Shown here piece by piece: positions 35,845 through 45,564 of a DNA stretch of 64,000 bases. Each line of letters opens with the position of its first letter. Position 1 is the first letter of the stretch. The notes below the pieces were generated by a model. The model worked only from the letters and a program-made list of their open reading frames with translations, did not search any database and was not told where the DNA came from. The DNA is from an uncultured Eubacteriales bacterium (GTDB lineage Bacteria; Bacillota; Clostridia; Christensenellales; Borkfalkiaceae). The DNA lies in assembly GCA_900542935.1 (NCBI GenBank), contig UQPN01000001.1:108149-172148 (forward strand). Reading direction: 5' to 3'. The translations under genes were made by a program, and so were the position numbers.

Positions 35845-38109
35845 ATGACGGAATTGAAGTCTATTTCCGGTAGCGGAGCAGAAGATTTATTCATAGATTT
35901 ATTTGCCGACACTTTTGGTGCGGAAAAGGCGGGGTATTTATATTCTCAATACCCTTTCTTTGACATATATCAAAATGCAAGATTTGCTGATTTTGTCTGC
36001 GAAAGTGGAGCAAAAAGAATTGCTATTGAAATAGACGATGAAGCATCGCACAATCCAAGACTTGTTTCAAAAGATAAATTCACAGACGATTTGCTCAAAC
36101 AGAACAGTATGATTCATCTCGGTTGGGACGTTTATCGTTGGACGGTTAGACAAATGCAAAAACAGCCCGACACGGTTAAAGATGAATTGCGTCTGTTTTT
36201 AGGCTCGGAAAGTAGATTTAAGGAAATAGACGATTATCTTCCTACCCAACGTGGACAAGCGCTTGACGGTGAAAAACTTGAACTTCGTGAATACCAGCAA
36301 GAAGCGCTTAAAAACTTGCAAGTTATGAGAGAAAATAAGGAAACGATTGCGCTCTTATATCAAGCAACGGGTACGGGTAAAACCGTAACGGCAGTTATGG
36401 ACGCTAAAAAAGTTGGCGGGCGTACGTTATTTGTTGCGCATACCATGGAACTTGTCAATCAAGCATATAAAACGTTTAAGTCAATATGGAATAGCGTTTC
36501 AGTGGGTAAATTTGCCGATAACGTAAAGGACTATGATTCGCACGTGATTTGTGGTAGTATTCAAAGTGTTGCGCTTAATTTGGACTCTTTTAAGTACGAC
36601 GATTTCGATTACATAATCATTGACGAAGCGCACCACGCCACGGCAGACACCTATCAAAAGGTTTTGGCGTATTTTAAGCCGAAATTTATATTAGGTTTAA
36701 CGGCTACGCCCGAACGCGCAGACGACACGAATATTCTTGAAATTTTCAAAAACACGGCACATAAATTAGATATTCAAACGGCAGTTGAAATGGGCGCGCT
36801 TACCAACGTTCGTTGTATCAGAATCCATACGAATATTGATATGACGAAAGTTCGTTTTAATAGCGTGCAGTATAATATTCGAGATTTAGACGTTAAAATT
36901 TGCATAACGGAAAGGAATAAACTCATTGTTGATACTTGGCTTAATTACGTTAAAGACAAGCGCACGGTAGTGTTCTGCGCTTCGGTAAAACACGCGGATC
37001 AGATAGCAGAACTTTTCAAGGAACAAGGCGTTTCGGCTATGGCGGTTTCAGGTAGTATGAAAACGTCCGAAAGAAACGAGCAAATTGCAAAGTTTGCCAG
37101 TGGCGAGTTGAAAGTTTTGTGTGCGTGTGATTTGTTAAACGAAGGCTGGGATTGTCCGCAAACGGAAGTGCTGTTTATGGCTCGTCTCACCATGTCAAAA
37201 GTTTTATATACGCAACAATTAGGTCGTGGTATGCGACTTAGCGAAGGGAAAGAGTTTTTAATGGTGTTTGACTTTGTGGACAACGCAAGTCAATATAACG
37301 CGCCGTATTCTATGCACCGTTTGTTTAAGATTAAGGATTATCACGCAGGTGGAACGGTTTTAGGAAAGAAAGGGCAACGGGAAGCGGAAATAGAGATTTA
37401 TGCGAAAGGAGAACGTCCCAATGCGGTTATAGATTATCCAGTTGATGCTACCGATTACGAAGCTGTTGATATCTTTAATTGGCAAGAAGAGGCGGTGGGT
37501 ATGATAAGTCAGATGGAATTTATTCGCCGTGTGGACGTTCAGTCTGAAACGATAGAGAGATATGTTCGTGAAGGAAAATTGATTCCAGACTTGGTAATAC
37601 CTATGAGCGAACACAGGGTGTTTAAGTATTTCAAAGAAGAAACTTTGGAACGTTATGCGCAAGAGTTTGGCTGGAAACTTATAGACGATAATAACCGCAA
37701 GACGTTGTTTTTGGAAATGGTTGAGCAAATGGATATGAGTTATTCTTATAAGCCTGTTTTGCTTAAAGCGGTACTGCAATATGCGGACAAGCAAGGTAGA
37801 GTGAAGATAGAAGATATCGTTTCGTATTTTAAGGCGTATTACGAAAATAGGCGAGCAAAAGGATTGAAAGTAGAGAAACAAAATAGCATTTTCGCAAAAG
37901 GCGGATATACCGATAAAGAAGCGGAACGAAATATTCTTTCTAATCCATTTAAGCGTTTTGAAGATATGAATATGATGCGTCATACAAAAACGCTTGGAAT
38001 CGTGGAAGTAGATTCAATCGTTTGGAAGAAACTTTCAGAGGACGAGAAAGAATATATACTTTCTGTTTGCGATAAAAAGTTGGACGAATATTACGCAAGA
38101 ATAAAGTAA
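35845..38109 (+). CDS. N-terminal DUF559/Vsr-like endonuclease fused to SF2 (DEAH, ResIII-type) helicase, with uncharacterised C-terminal domain
   Basis: ADFVCESGAKRIAIEIDDEASHN...IHLGWDVYRW (DUF559); helicase motifs QATGTGKT, IIIDEAHHA, LGLTATPER, QQLGRGMR. Confidence 0.8.
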   Translation: MTELKSISGSGAEDLFIDLFADTFGAEKAGYLYSQYPFFDIYQNARFADFVCESGAKRIAIEIDDEASHNPRLVSKDKFTDDLLKQNSMIHLGWDVYRWTVRQMQKQPDTVKDELRLFLGSESRFKEIDDYLPTQRGQALDGEKLELREYQQEALKNLQVMRENKETIALLYQATGTGKTVTAVMDAKKVGGRTLFVAHTMELVNQAYKTFKSIWNSVSVGKFADNVKDYDSHVICGSIQSVALNLDSFKYDDFDYIIIDEAHHATADTYQKVLAYFKPKFILGLTATPERADDTNILEIFKNTAHKLDIQTAVEMGALTNVRCIRIHTNIDMTKVRFNSVQYNIRDLDVKICITERNKLIVDTWLNYVKDKRTVVFCASVKHADQIAELFKEQGVSAMAVSGSMKTSERNEQIAKFASGELKVLCACDLLNEGWDCPQTEVLFMARLTMSKVLYTQQLGRGMRLSEGKEFLMVFDFVDNASQYNAPYSMHRLFKIKDYHAGGTVLGKKGQREAEIEIYAKGERPNAVIDYPVDATDYEAVDIFNWQEEAVGMISQMEFIRRVDVQSETIERYVREGKLIPDLVIPMSEHRVFKYFKEETLERYAQEFGWKLIDDNNRKTLFLEMVEQMDMSYSYKPVLLKAVLQYADKQGRVKIEDIVSYFKAYYENRRAKGLKVEKQNSIFAKGGYTDKEAERNILSNPFKRFEDMNMMRHTKTLGIVEVDSIVWKKLSEDEKEYILSVCDKKLDEYYARIK

Positions 38110-38217
38110 AATTATATACTTTTTAGTGGGGAAATTCGACAACTGCGGAAAAATATTATGATTACTGCGGAATAGATTTTAAATCTGGTTATGTTATAAT
38201 AGAAGTGGGGGAGTGTT

Positions 38218-41200
38218 ATGGTAGAAGTTGTTGCGGCGCTTATATGGGATAAGGATAAGTTTTTGATTTGTCAAAGACCTGCTAATAAAGCACGAGCTCT
38301 CCTTTGGGAGTTTGTTGGCGGCAAGGTTGAGAAAGGCGAAACAAAAGAGCAAGCCTTAATCCGTGAGTGCAAAGAAGAACTAAATATTACGCTAAACGTC
38401 GGTGACGTTTTTATGGAAGTTGTCCACGAATACCCCGATATTACCGTGCATTTGACTTTGTTTAATGCAACAATAGCCGAAGGCGTTCCACAAAAAATAG
38501 AGCATAACGATATAAAATGGATAACGTCGGCAGAAATTCCTAACTACAATTTCTGCCCAGCAGATGAAGAAATTTTAGAAAAAATTAAAAATATGAATAA
38601 AAAACAAACTAACAAAGAAAAACGAAAAAGAGATGATTTTACCGAATCGGTTAAAAGAAAAGCAGCCCAAAGAGTTGCGTATAGATGTTCTTTCCCCGGA
38701 TGTGGTGTTTCAACTATAGGACCAAAACATGGCGATGCATTGGGTGTAGCTTCAGTTGGACAAGCATGTCATATATGTGCGGCTGCGACAAATGGACCTA
38801 GATATGATGAAACGATGACAGAAAAAGAAAGGAAAGCCATAGAAAATTGTATTTGGATGTGTGATACGCACGCAAAATTAATTGATTCTGACGAATTTAA
38901 ATATCCTGTTTCATTATTACGAGAATGGAAGAATAGTGCAGAGAAAATAGCGGCTGAGAATTTAGCAAATTATAAGTTTTCTAAAGAACAGTTAAAAGAC
39001 ACAAATTCTTTAGCATTAATCTTTGACGAGTTAATTAAAGAGGGTAACTTTGATGCGTTAAGGATGATTATAGATAAAACAAACAAAGGTAGTAACGATG
39101 AAATATTATTGAGATATCAAGTCATCTATAATGTTTATTGTAATAGAGACGCATTACTCCTAAGCATAAATTATTATTTGCAGAATGCGAATCCGAAAAA
39201 ATGCGATGACATTTTAAGATGTTTAGTGGCAAATAATATTTCTAATGGAATAGATGAATTGCTTCCTTGTTGTGATAATGAGGAAATAAAGAAACTGGCA
39301 ATTGAGATTAAAAAGGAAAATATAAATAATTACATATTTAGAGATAAAAAAGAAATAGAGGAAGGACCATTACCTGCGTTTAAAGATAATGAAACGATTT
39401 CTAAGCTTTTATCTAATATTGTAATTATAAGCAAGTTTCCTGCGCTTCCAACTATGGCTAACGGAGAAAAGTTTGCTCTTTATGAAAAGGAATTTGTATG
39501 TGAGATGTTAGCGCATGCATGGAAACTGTTTAGTGGCATGTTGAAGCAGAAAAGTAAAAAAAATGACGAGGTACTGAAGGAACATTATCTTTTTATAAAG
39601 AAAGCAATTCCAAAAATTATTAAACTAGACAAAGCAATTCAAGAAAATATATGGTGCTATACTTTGAATTATGTATTAGCAGACGAGGGCGAATTTAACT
39701 ATATTTACTCAATGTGTCCGATATCTATAAGAGAAACAGGGCAGTGCAAACAAATTGAAACGCTTTTTGAATTAATGCATAATAAAATAGATGCGGACAA
39801 AGCCTTAGAGGACGAAGAATTGAAAAGAGACGAGGGGAAACTTGTACAGATTCTTTTATCTGCTTCTAAAGAAAAGAAATTTAGCTATCTTGAAGATAAT
39901 AAATTTTTATTAAAAAAGAATGTTTATTTTTTGTACGTTTGGACGACGTCATGTGATTTGGGTGAAGAAGATATAAGCAAAAACATTTTGTCATACAAGG
40001 CATATTTCGAGAATGATTTTTTATGGAACTGTTTAGCCGCTTATTATAATTGTATGGGGAATCCCTCTACAAATCTATCATGGATAATAGAACACAAACA
40101 GAATTTAGGATATCCTGAAATTGAATTGTTTATAAAAGTTTTAAGGAAATATAAACAATGGGATGAGTTAAATAAATTGGTAGAAGTGGTTATTCCTTTA
40201 GATATAAAATATCAAATAATATTAGCCTTAACTGAAAATACAAGTATTGAAAATATTCAAAATTGTATAAAGCTATTTGATAAATTAGAGCAATCTGAGT
40301 TTTGTAGAGAGGGCTTTTATTATAATTTTTCTTCTCTTTATTATCAAGTGAATGATGTTGTTAGGTCAAAAGCTTATCTTGAAAAAGAATTCGATGCGTA
40401 TCAAAAAGAAGAAAGTTTATTGGAATTACTAAAACTTCGATATAAAACGTTAGATTTTAAGCTGGATAGATACGTGGACGCAGCAAAAAACACGGCTAAT
40501 GCAGAAATTTTATTTCTTGTAGCAATTTTTTACGAAAAGAAACAAGATTTAAATCAACAAAGAGTATATTTGTTAAAAGCGCTATTTATAGACCCTCAAA
40601 ATGAAAACACATTAAGAGGTTTGGCTTCATGGTTCTTACAAAATGAAAAAAGTAGTTCTATAGAAATTGGTAAAATATACAAATTAAAAAATGACTCAAG
40701 GGAACTTAATGTAGCGTTGATAGATAGCAATTTAATTGAAGGAATTGCAACTAAAGAAGTAATAGGTTGTACGATTGTTAACTGTAAAGCAAATGGCGTC
40801 ATTGGTTGGAACTTTTACGATAAAAATGATGTTGTTGAATTTAATGGAGAAAAATTTAAGATAATTGATATAACTTCCTTCATACAGGAATTGTCTCAAT
40901 TTGTGATTGGGAAATTAATGACAGCTAAAGACGTTACAACTATAAAGGGTAGCACGACGGAAGAAGCAATAGAACAAATTAAACAATTGATGAATAAACA
41001 AGAGACTGAACAAAAAAGAGTTTTATCAATTTTTAATGAGTCAAGAGGTGTTTTGCCTATAACTATGCTTGCGCGAAAATTAGGTTGCGGCTATGAAGAA
41101 ACTTGGAACACAATAATTTCAATAAATGAGTTGAAAATTGACAATAGTAGCACGAGTGGACTAAACCAATGTAATTATATTATGGCGCATGATGCTATAG

Positions 41201-42081
41201 GAACACTTATGTCGCTAAACGCCATGGAAGATTTAAGCAATATTGACTTTATTCTACCGGAACAAGCAAAGATAGCTTTTCTGTCAAAGATAACAGAGAA
41301 GATTAATGATGTTCAATCTAAAAACTCTGTTGGAAAACTTTATACTCGAGATGATCAGCTGTACAGATTCGAGCATGATAAAGAATATAAAAAGGGCGCT
41401 GCTGTTTTTTTGTCAAAAGTAAAGGAATTTCTTGAAAAAATAGAGGGTGTTAATTGTAGTATTTATCAAACCACAAATTCAGATTTTAAAGCTTTTTTTA
41501 TAGATAATAATTTAGTTAACGAGAGTTACATGTTGGGATTAGCTCAATCAAACAATAACTATGTATTAGTAACAGATGAGCCGTTTATGTGCATTATTTG
41601 TGACATGGAAAAAATCCCACGTGTAAGCTTTATTGATTTATTATTGAATCAAAATTTGCCTTGCGACAAACTGCTGGATTATATGGAAAAATTATCTAAT
41701 TATAACTTCATAAATTTCTTTAACGCTGAACGATATAAAAGAATTATTGATTTTGCCTTAAAAGAAGATGAATTGAAAGCGAAAGAATTATTATTAAGAT
41801 TTGAGAAATGGCTAATGCCAGAGAATAGCTCTAAAGAACATCAGCAAAGAGTTTTTAATGTATATCGTGAACTTGGTATTGAGGATAGAGATTCAAGTTA
41901 TTTTAATTCTTTGAGTGAAATCGGAAGATTTTATTTTGCTAAACTTTTTCCAGAAAAGCATCAAGAAATCATAGAAAGAATTAAAAACATGAAATTCAAG
42001 GTAGAAGTTAAGCCTTCTGATGGGGAGGATTTTACAGTTCAAGTAGGCGTTTTTGAAAACGAAAATAATGAAGAAGGATAA
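38218..42081 (+). CDS. Giant protein (1287 aa): N-terminal Nudix hydrolase, then Cys/His-rich HNH-like module, then about 1000 aa alpha-helical region
   Basis: Nudix box GKVEKGETKEQALIRECKEELNI (GX5EX7REUXEE); CSFPGCG...QACHICAA...NCIWMCDTH resembles a zinc-binding HNH motif; roughly 30% GC. Confidence 0.65.
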   Translation: MVEVVAALIWDKDKFLICQRPANKARALLWEFVGGKVEKGETKEQALIRECKEELNITLNVGDVFMEVVHEYPDITVHLTLFNATIAEGVPQKIEHNDIKWITSAEIPNYNFCPADEEILEKIKNMNKKQTNKEKRKRDDFTESVKRKAAQRVAYRCSFPGCGVSTIGPKHGDALGVASVGQACHICAAATNGPRYDETMTEKERKAIENCIWMCDTHAKLIDSDEFKYPVSLLREWKNSAEKIAAENLANYKFSKEQLKDTNSLALIFDELIKEGNFDALRMIIDKTNKGSNDEILLRYQVIYNVYCNRDALLLSINYYLQNANPKKCDDILRCLVANNISNGIDELLPCCDNEEIKKLAIEIKKENINNYIFRDKKEIEEGPLPAFKDNETISKLLSNIVIISKFPALPTMANGEKFALYEKEFVCEMLAHAWKLFSGMLKQKSKKNDEVLKEHYLFIKKAIPKIIKLDKAIQENIWCYTLNYVLADEGEFNYIYSMCPISIRETGQCKQIETLFELMHNKIDADKALEDEELKRDEGKLVQILLSASKEKKFSYLEDNKFLLKKNVYFLYVWTTSCDLGEEDISKNILSYKAYFENDFLWNCLAAYYNCMGNPSTNLSWIIEHKQNLGYPEIELFIKVLRKYKQWDELNKLVEVVIPLDIKYQIILALTENTSIENIQNCIKLFDKLEQSEFCREGFYYNFSSLYYQVNDVVRSKAYLEKEFDAYQKEESLLELLKLRYKTLDFKLDRYVDAAKNTANAEILFLVAIFYEKKQDLNQQRVYLLKALFIDPQNENTLRGLASWFLQNEKSSSIEIGKIYKLKNDSRELNVALIDSNLIEGIATKEVIGCTIVNCKANGVIGWNFYDKNDVVEFNGEKFKIIDITSFIQELSQFVIGKLMTAKDVTTIKGSTTEEAIEQIKQLMNKQETEQKRVLSIFNESRGVLPITMLARKLGCGYEETWNTIISINELKIDNSSTSGLNQCNYIMAHDAIGTLMSLNAMEDLSNIDFILPEQAKIAFLSKITEKINDVQSKNSVGKLYTRDDQLYRFEHDKEYKKGAAVFLSKVKEFLEKIEGVNCSIYQTTNSDFKAFFIDNNLVNESYMLGLAQSNNNYVLVTDEPFMCIICDMEKIPRVSFIDLLLNQNLPCDKLLDYMEKLSNYNFINFFNAERYKRIIDFALKEDELKAKELLLRFEKWLMPENSSKEHQQRVFNVYRELGIEDRDSSYFNSLSEIGRFYFAKLFPEKHQEIIERIKNMKFKVEVKPSDGEDFTVQVGVFENENNEEG

Positions 42082-42102
42082 AATATAAAGGAGAATTTAC
42101 AA

Positions 42103-45100
42103 ATGGTAAAAAGTATGCAATGCGCAGTAGAAAAATTTGTAAAAGCAAAAGAAAACGGGCTTTGTTTAATAGATATGCCCACGGGTTCTGGTAAGACATA
42201 CCTTACTGGTAAAATTATAGGCGGATTTATTCGTGAAGAAATTCTACAAGACGTTAAAACTATCATTTATTTAACTCCGCAAAAGAAGAATATAGATGAT
42301 ATTTTTAATGACGTAAAGCGCGATTTTTCAGATAATCCGTCTCTTTTTGATGCAAATGTTTTGAGAATCTATGCGAATTATGAAAGTGTCTTAGATAAGT
42401 TTTTGGAGGTTTACGATAAAATCCCTTATGCGATTCAAAATAGACAGTCTTGTAAAGATTTGAAAAAGCAGATAGAACTTTATAACGATTTGCTAAATAG
42501 AAATATTCCAAAGGATATTTTAGATAGCACGCTTGCAGAAATAAGGAAACACTATGAGGTTGCGTTTAGAAAAGATTTAGCTGAAGAATTATCAAAGATT
42601 GCGAAAAATAAACGTGAAAAAAAGATAAAGCTTAATAGTAAAGAATATTCGTGGATAAAAGTGTTATATCCTGCTTGTTTAACAGAAGATAGAAAAGTTT
42701 TATTTATGACGGTTGATAAGTTTGTTTCAGGAAATGATCCGATTATTTCTAAATCATATCGTTTTATTTCGCACTCTAAGACAAAAAATGCATTAATTTT
42801 TATTGACGAATTTGATGCTACTAAAGACGTTTTACTTAATCAGGAAATACAGAATTGTACTGATTACAAAATGGATTTAATAAAGCTATTTTCTAGCATA
42901 TCAAACACATTAAAAGGCAGAGAATTTCCTTTATCGATATTTGCGAATTCTTTGGATGAGGACGATAAAACAAGTTCTATTTATCAGTTCAACAAAATGA
43001 AAAAATACTTTGAAGAGGTTGAGGAGAAGTATAATTTAAATTATTTATTCAAATTAGATCCTCAAGAAGAAAGTGATAGATATTTCTTGTTTGATGATTA
43101 CCAATTACATACGATAACAAATTCCAAAACTGATAAAAATATAATTTTAGAAGTAAATAAAAAGAAAAAGCAAAATACAATTTCCATCTCTAAAGATAGT
43201 GATGATGGAAAGTTTTATCGTACAATTTATTCAATTAAAAATACAATAAATGTCTTTATAGGTTGCTGCGCAAATATGGCAAAAGTTTATATGAATCATT
43301 ATAATAATGATGCTCGAAAAACCCATAGGGATATGATGGAAATTGACCAAGCGGTTAGTACTATAATTGATTTGTATAATTTAGACTATGTTATGGCTAA
43401 AAATATTACTGCCATGATAGTTGATAACATTTCTATTCCTGTTATAGATAGAGGTAGAGACGTATTTGATACTGATTTCTATATGAATGGGTTTAGATAT
43501 TATGATTTTAAGGATGATATATCCCACAATGAGTCTACAACAATGGCAATGTGCTATTTGGATAATACACCCGAAAAATTTATGCTTTCTCTAGCAAGCA
43601 AGGCAAGAGTGGTTGGATTGTCGGCTACTGCTAGTATTGAAACTGTTACGGGAAATTACAACATAGAATATTTAAGTGATAGGTTGAATGATGATTATTA
43701 TGAGATGCCCACTTATGATAAAGAAAATATTCAAAACTATATTAAATCGCGTCTAAATAATAGTGATAACATTAACGTAACGACAGAAAGTTTAGATGAA
43801 GTAAAGTCAGACAATCTAGAGGATATTCTTGCTCAATTATTTAATACGGACGAAAATATAGAGTTGTTCACAGGGAAACTTGCTAGATATCAACAAACAG
43901 ATAAAAGAGATCCGTTTTATAATGTGAAAAGAATCGTTAAGGCAATGAAAGCTGTAAGGGCTTTTATTGAAAATAAGGCTTCTAAAGTTTTATTAGTAAT
44001 GACGAATAGGAACGTTGTAGAATATAGCGAATATAATATATTTTCTGAAGAAATAATTGAAGCGTTGATTGATTCCTTGTGCAATGAAATGGAGGTAAGC
44101 AAACCGAAGGCACACTACTTAAACAGTTCAGAATTTCTAGCTCAAAAAGAAGATTATAAAAAAGATATTCAGCTGGGCGAAAAGGTTATATTGTTTTCCA
44201 GCTACAATACGGCAGGAACCGGACAAAACCTTCAATATGAAATAGATAACAAAGAAATGGATATTGACTCGCTCTATTTGGAACTTCCAACAAATATTTT
44301 AGTCAATGTTTCAGAACTTAGGGAAGAGGCTAGTTTGATAAAACTAATTTATCAATATGAAACATTGAAAACAAGTGGGGAAATAACAAAAAATACAGCA
44401 TTTGGTAATATCAAATCTGCGTTTAGACGATTAATGACGGCAAATAAGACCGACCATTTTGATTATTATGCTTATAAAGCAGAATCTATAAATAATCACA
44501 TAGTAAAAATAGTTATTCAAGCGGTGGGTAGAATTTGTCGTACAAAAAACAAAAATACAAATATAAACATTTATGTTGACGAAGAGATTTTTAAAAACGT
44601 TGACTTTTCTGTGGCTTTTAAAAATGATAGAATATTAAATCCAGAATTTAGAAAAATTGCGGAATTGAATGCAAAAACGAGTCCTAGTGATATACATATT
44701 AATTTAAATAAGGCTTGTGATAGAAATGCTCGTGTAAAAACGCGCATAGAAAATATTCTTAATGTAAATAGAACATCTTGGAGTGATAAGGATGTAGAAC
44801 AGTGGAATGATATGCGAGAATTCGTATTGAAGCATCCCACAATTCCAAAATCAGAATTAACTTTAGAAGTAAAAAAACATTATTCTGTTAGAGATTTTTA
44901 CCTTGAAGCGAGGGATGGAGAAACAATAAATCATTATTTATATATTAATGATGAAACCGAAGCAAAACAAATACTTTATGATTATAGTTTAGAGAAAAGA
45001 AAAAATACAATCAGGATAGATGAATATGGTACTAGATTAACTAATTTAATACGTATTCCTGCGGTTAAAAAGGTTTTTGAAGAAAACGGTTATGCTATAT

Positions 45101-45564
45101 CTTTCAAAAGTAATGATTGCATGATATTGCCGGTAGTTTATCAAAATATTTATAAAGGAGCGCTTGGAGAAGTAGCTGGTAAGGCTATTTTAGAGGCTAA
45201 TGGCATCAAATTATCCGAAATTACAGATGTTACTAAGTTTGAAAAATTCGATTTTTGTTTAATGGCAGATAAAGATGTTTATATCGATTTTAAAAACTGG
45301 TCAGAGCAAGATAAAGTAGATAGAGATGAGTATAGAAAAAAGTGTTTGGCTAAATTAGACAAAATTGGAGGCAAAAAAGTATTTATCATAAATGTGGCGG
45401 CTAACAACTTTCAAATTCATAGTAGTTATAACAATAAAATTATTGAGATTTCAAGTTTGTGTAAAATAATGCCTAAATCAGAATTGTTGTATCAATTGGA
45501 TGAAAGAGATATGAGCAGGGTTATTAGATTGTTATTGGAGGCTTGTAACAATGGCAATATGTAA
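42103..45564 (+). CDS. SF2 helicase-like protein (1153 aa) with C-terminal PD-(D/E)xK nuclease-like motif
   Basis: Motif I DMPTGSGKT, II FIDEFD, III LSATAS, VI QAVGRICR; C-terminus FEKFDFCLMADKDVYIDFK (D...D-x-K). Confidence 0.65.
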   Translation: MVKSMQCAVEKFVKAKENGLCLIDMPTGSGKTYLTGKIIGGFIREEILQDVKTIIYLTPQKKNIDDIFNDVKRDFSDNPSLFDANVLRIYANYESVLDKFLEVYDKIPYAIQNRQSCKDLKKQIELYNDLLNRNIPKDILDSTLAEIRKHYEVAFRKDLAEELSKIAKNKREKKIKLNSKEYSWIKVLYPACLTEDRKVLFMTVDKFVSGNDPIISKSYRFISHSKTKNALIFIDEFDATKDVLLNQEIQNCTDYKMDLIKLFSSISNTLKGREFPLSIFANSLDEDDKTSSIYQFNKMKKYFEEVEEKYNLNYLFKLDPQEESDRYFLFDDYQLHTITNSKTDKNIILEVNKKKKQNTISISKDSDDGKFYRTIYSIKNTINVFIGCCANMAKVYMNHYNNDARKTHRDMMEIDQAVSTIIDLYNLDYVMAKNITAMIVDNISIPVIDRGRDVFDTDFYMNGFRYYDFKDDISHNESTTMAMCYLDNTPEKFMLSLASKARVVGLSATASIETVTGNYNIEYLSDRLNDDYYEMPTYDKENIQNYIKSRLNNSDNINVTTESLDEVKSDNLEDILAQLFNTDENIELFTGKLARYQQTDKRDPFYNVKRIVKAMKAVRAFIENKASKVLLVMTNRNVVEYSEYNIFSEEIIEALIDSLCNEMEVSKPKAHYLNSSEFLAQKEDYKKDIQLGEKVILFSSYNTAGTGQNLQYEIDNKEMDIDSLYLELPTNILVNVSELREEASLIKLIYQYETLKTSGEITKNTAFGNIKSAFRRLMTANKTDHFDYYAYKAESINNHIVKIVIQAVGRICRTKNKNTNINIYVDEEIFKNVDFSVAFKNDRILNPEFRKIAELNAKTSPSDIHINLNKACDRNARVKTRIENILNVNRTSWSDKDVEQWNDMREFVLKHPTIPKSELTLEVKKHYSVRDFYLEARDGETINHYLYINDETEAKQILYDYSLEKRKNTIRIDEYGTRLTNLIRIPAVKKVFEENGYAISFKSNDCMILPVVYQNIYKGALGEVAGKAILEANGIKLSEITDVTKFEKFDFCLMADKDVYIDFKNWSEQDKVDRDEYRKKCLAKLDKIGGKKVFIINVAANNFQIHSSYNNKIIEISSLCKIMPKSELLYQLDERDMSRVIRLLLEACNNGNM

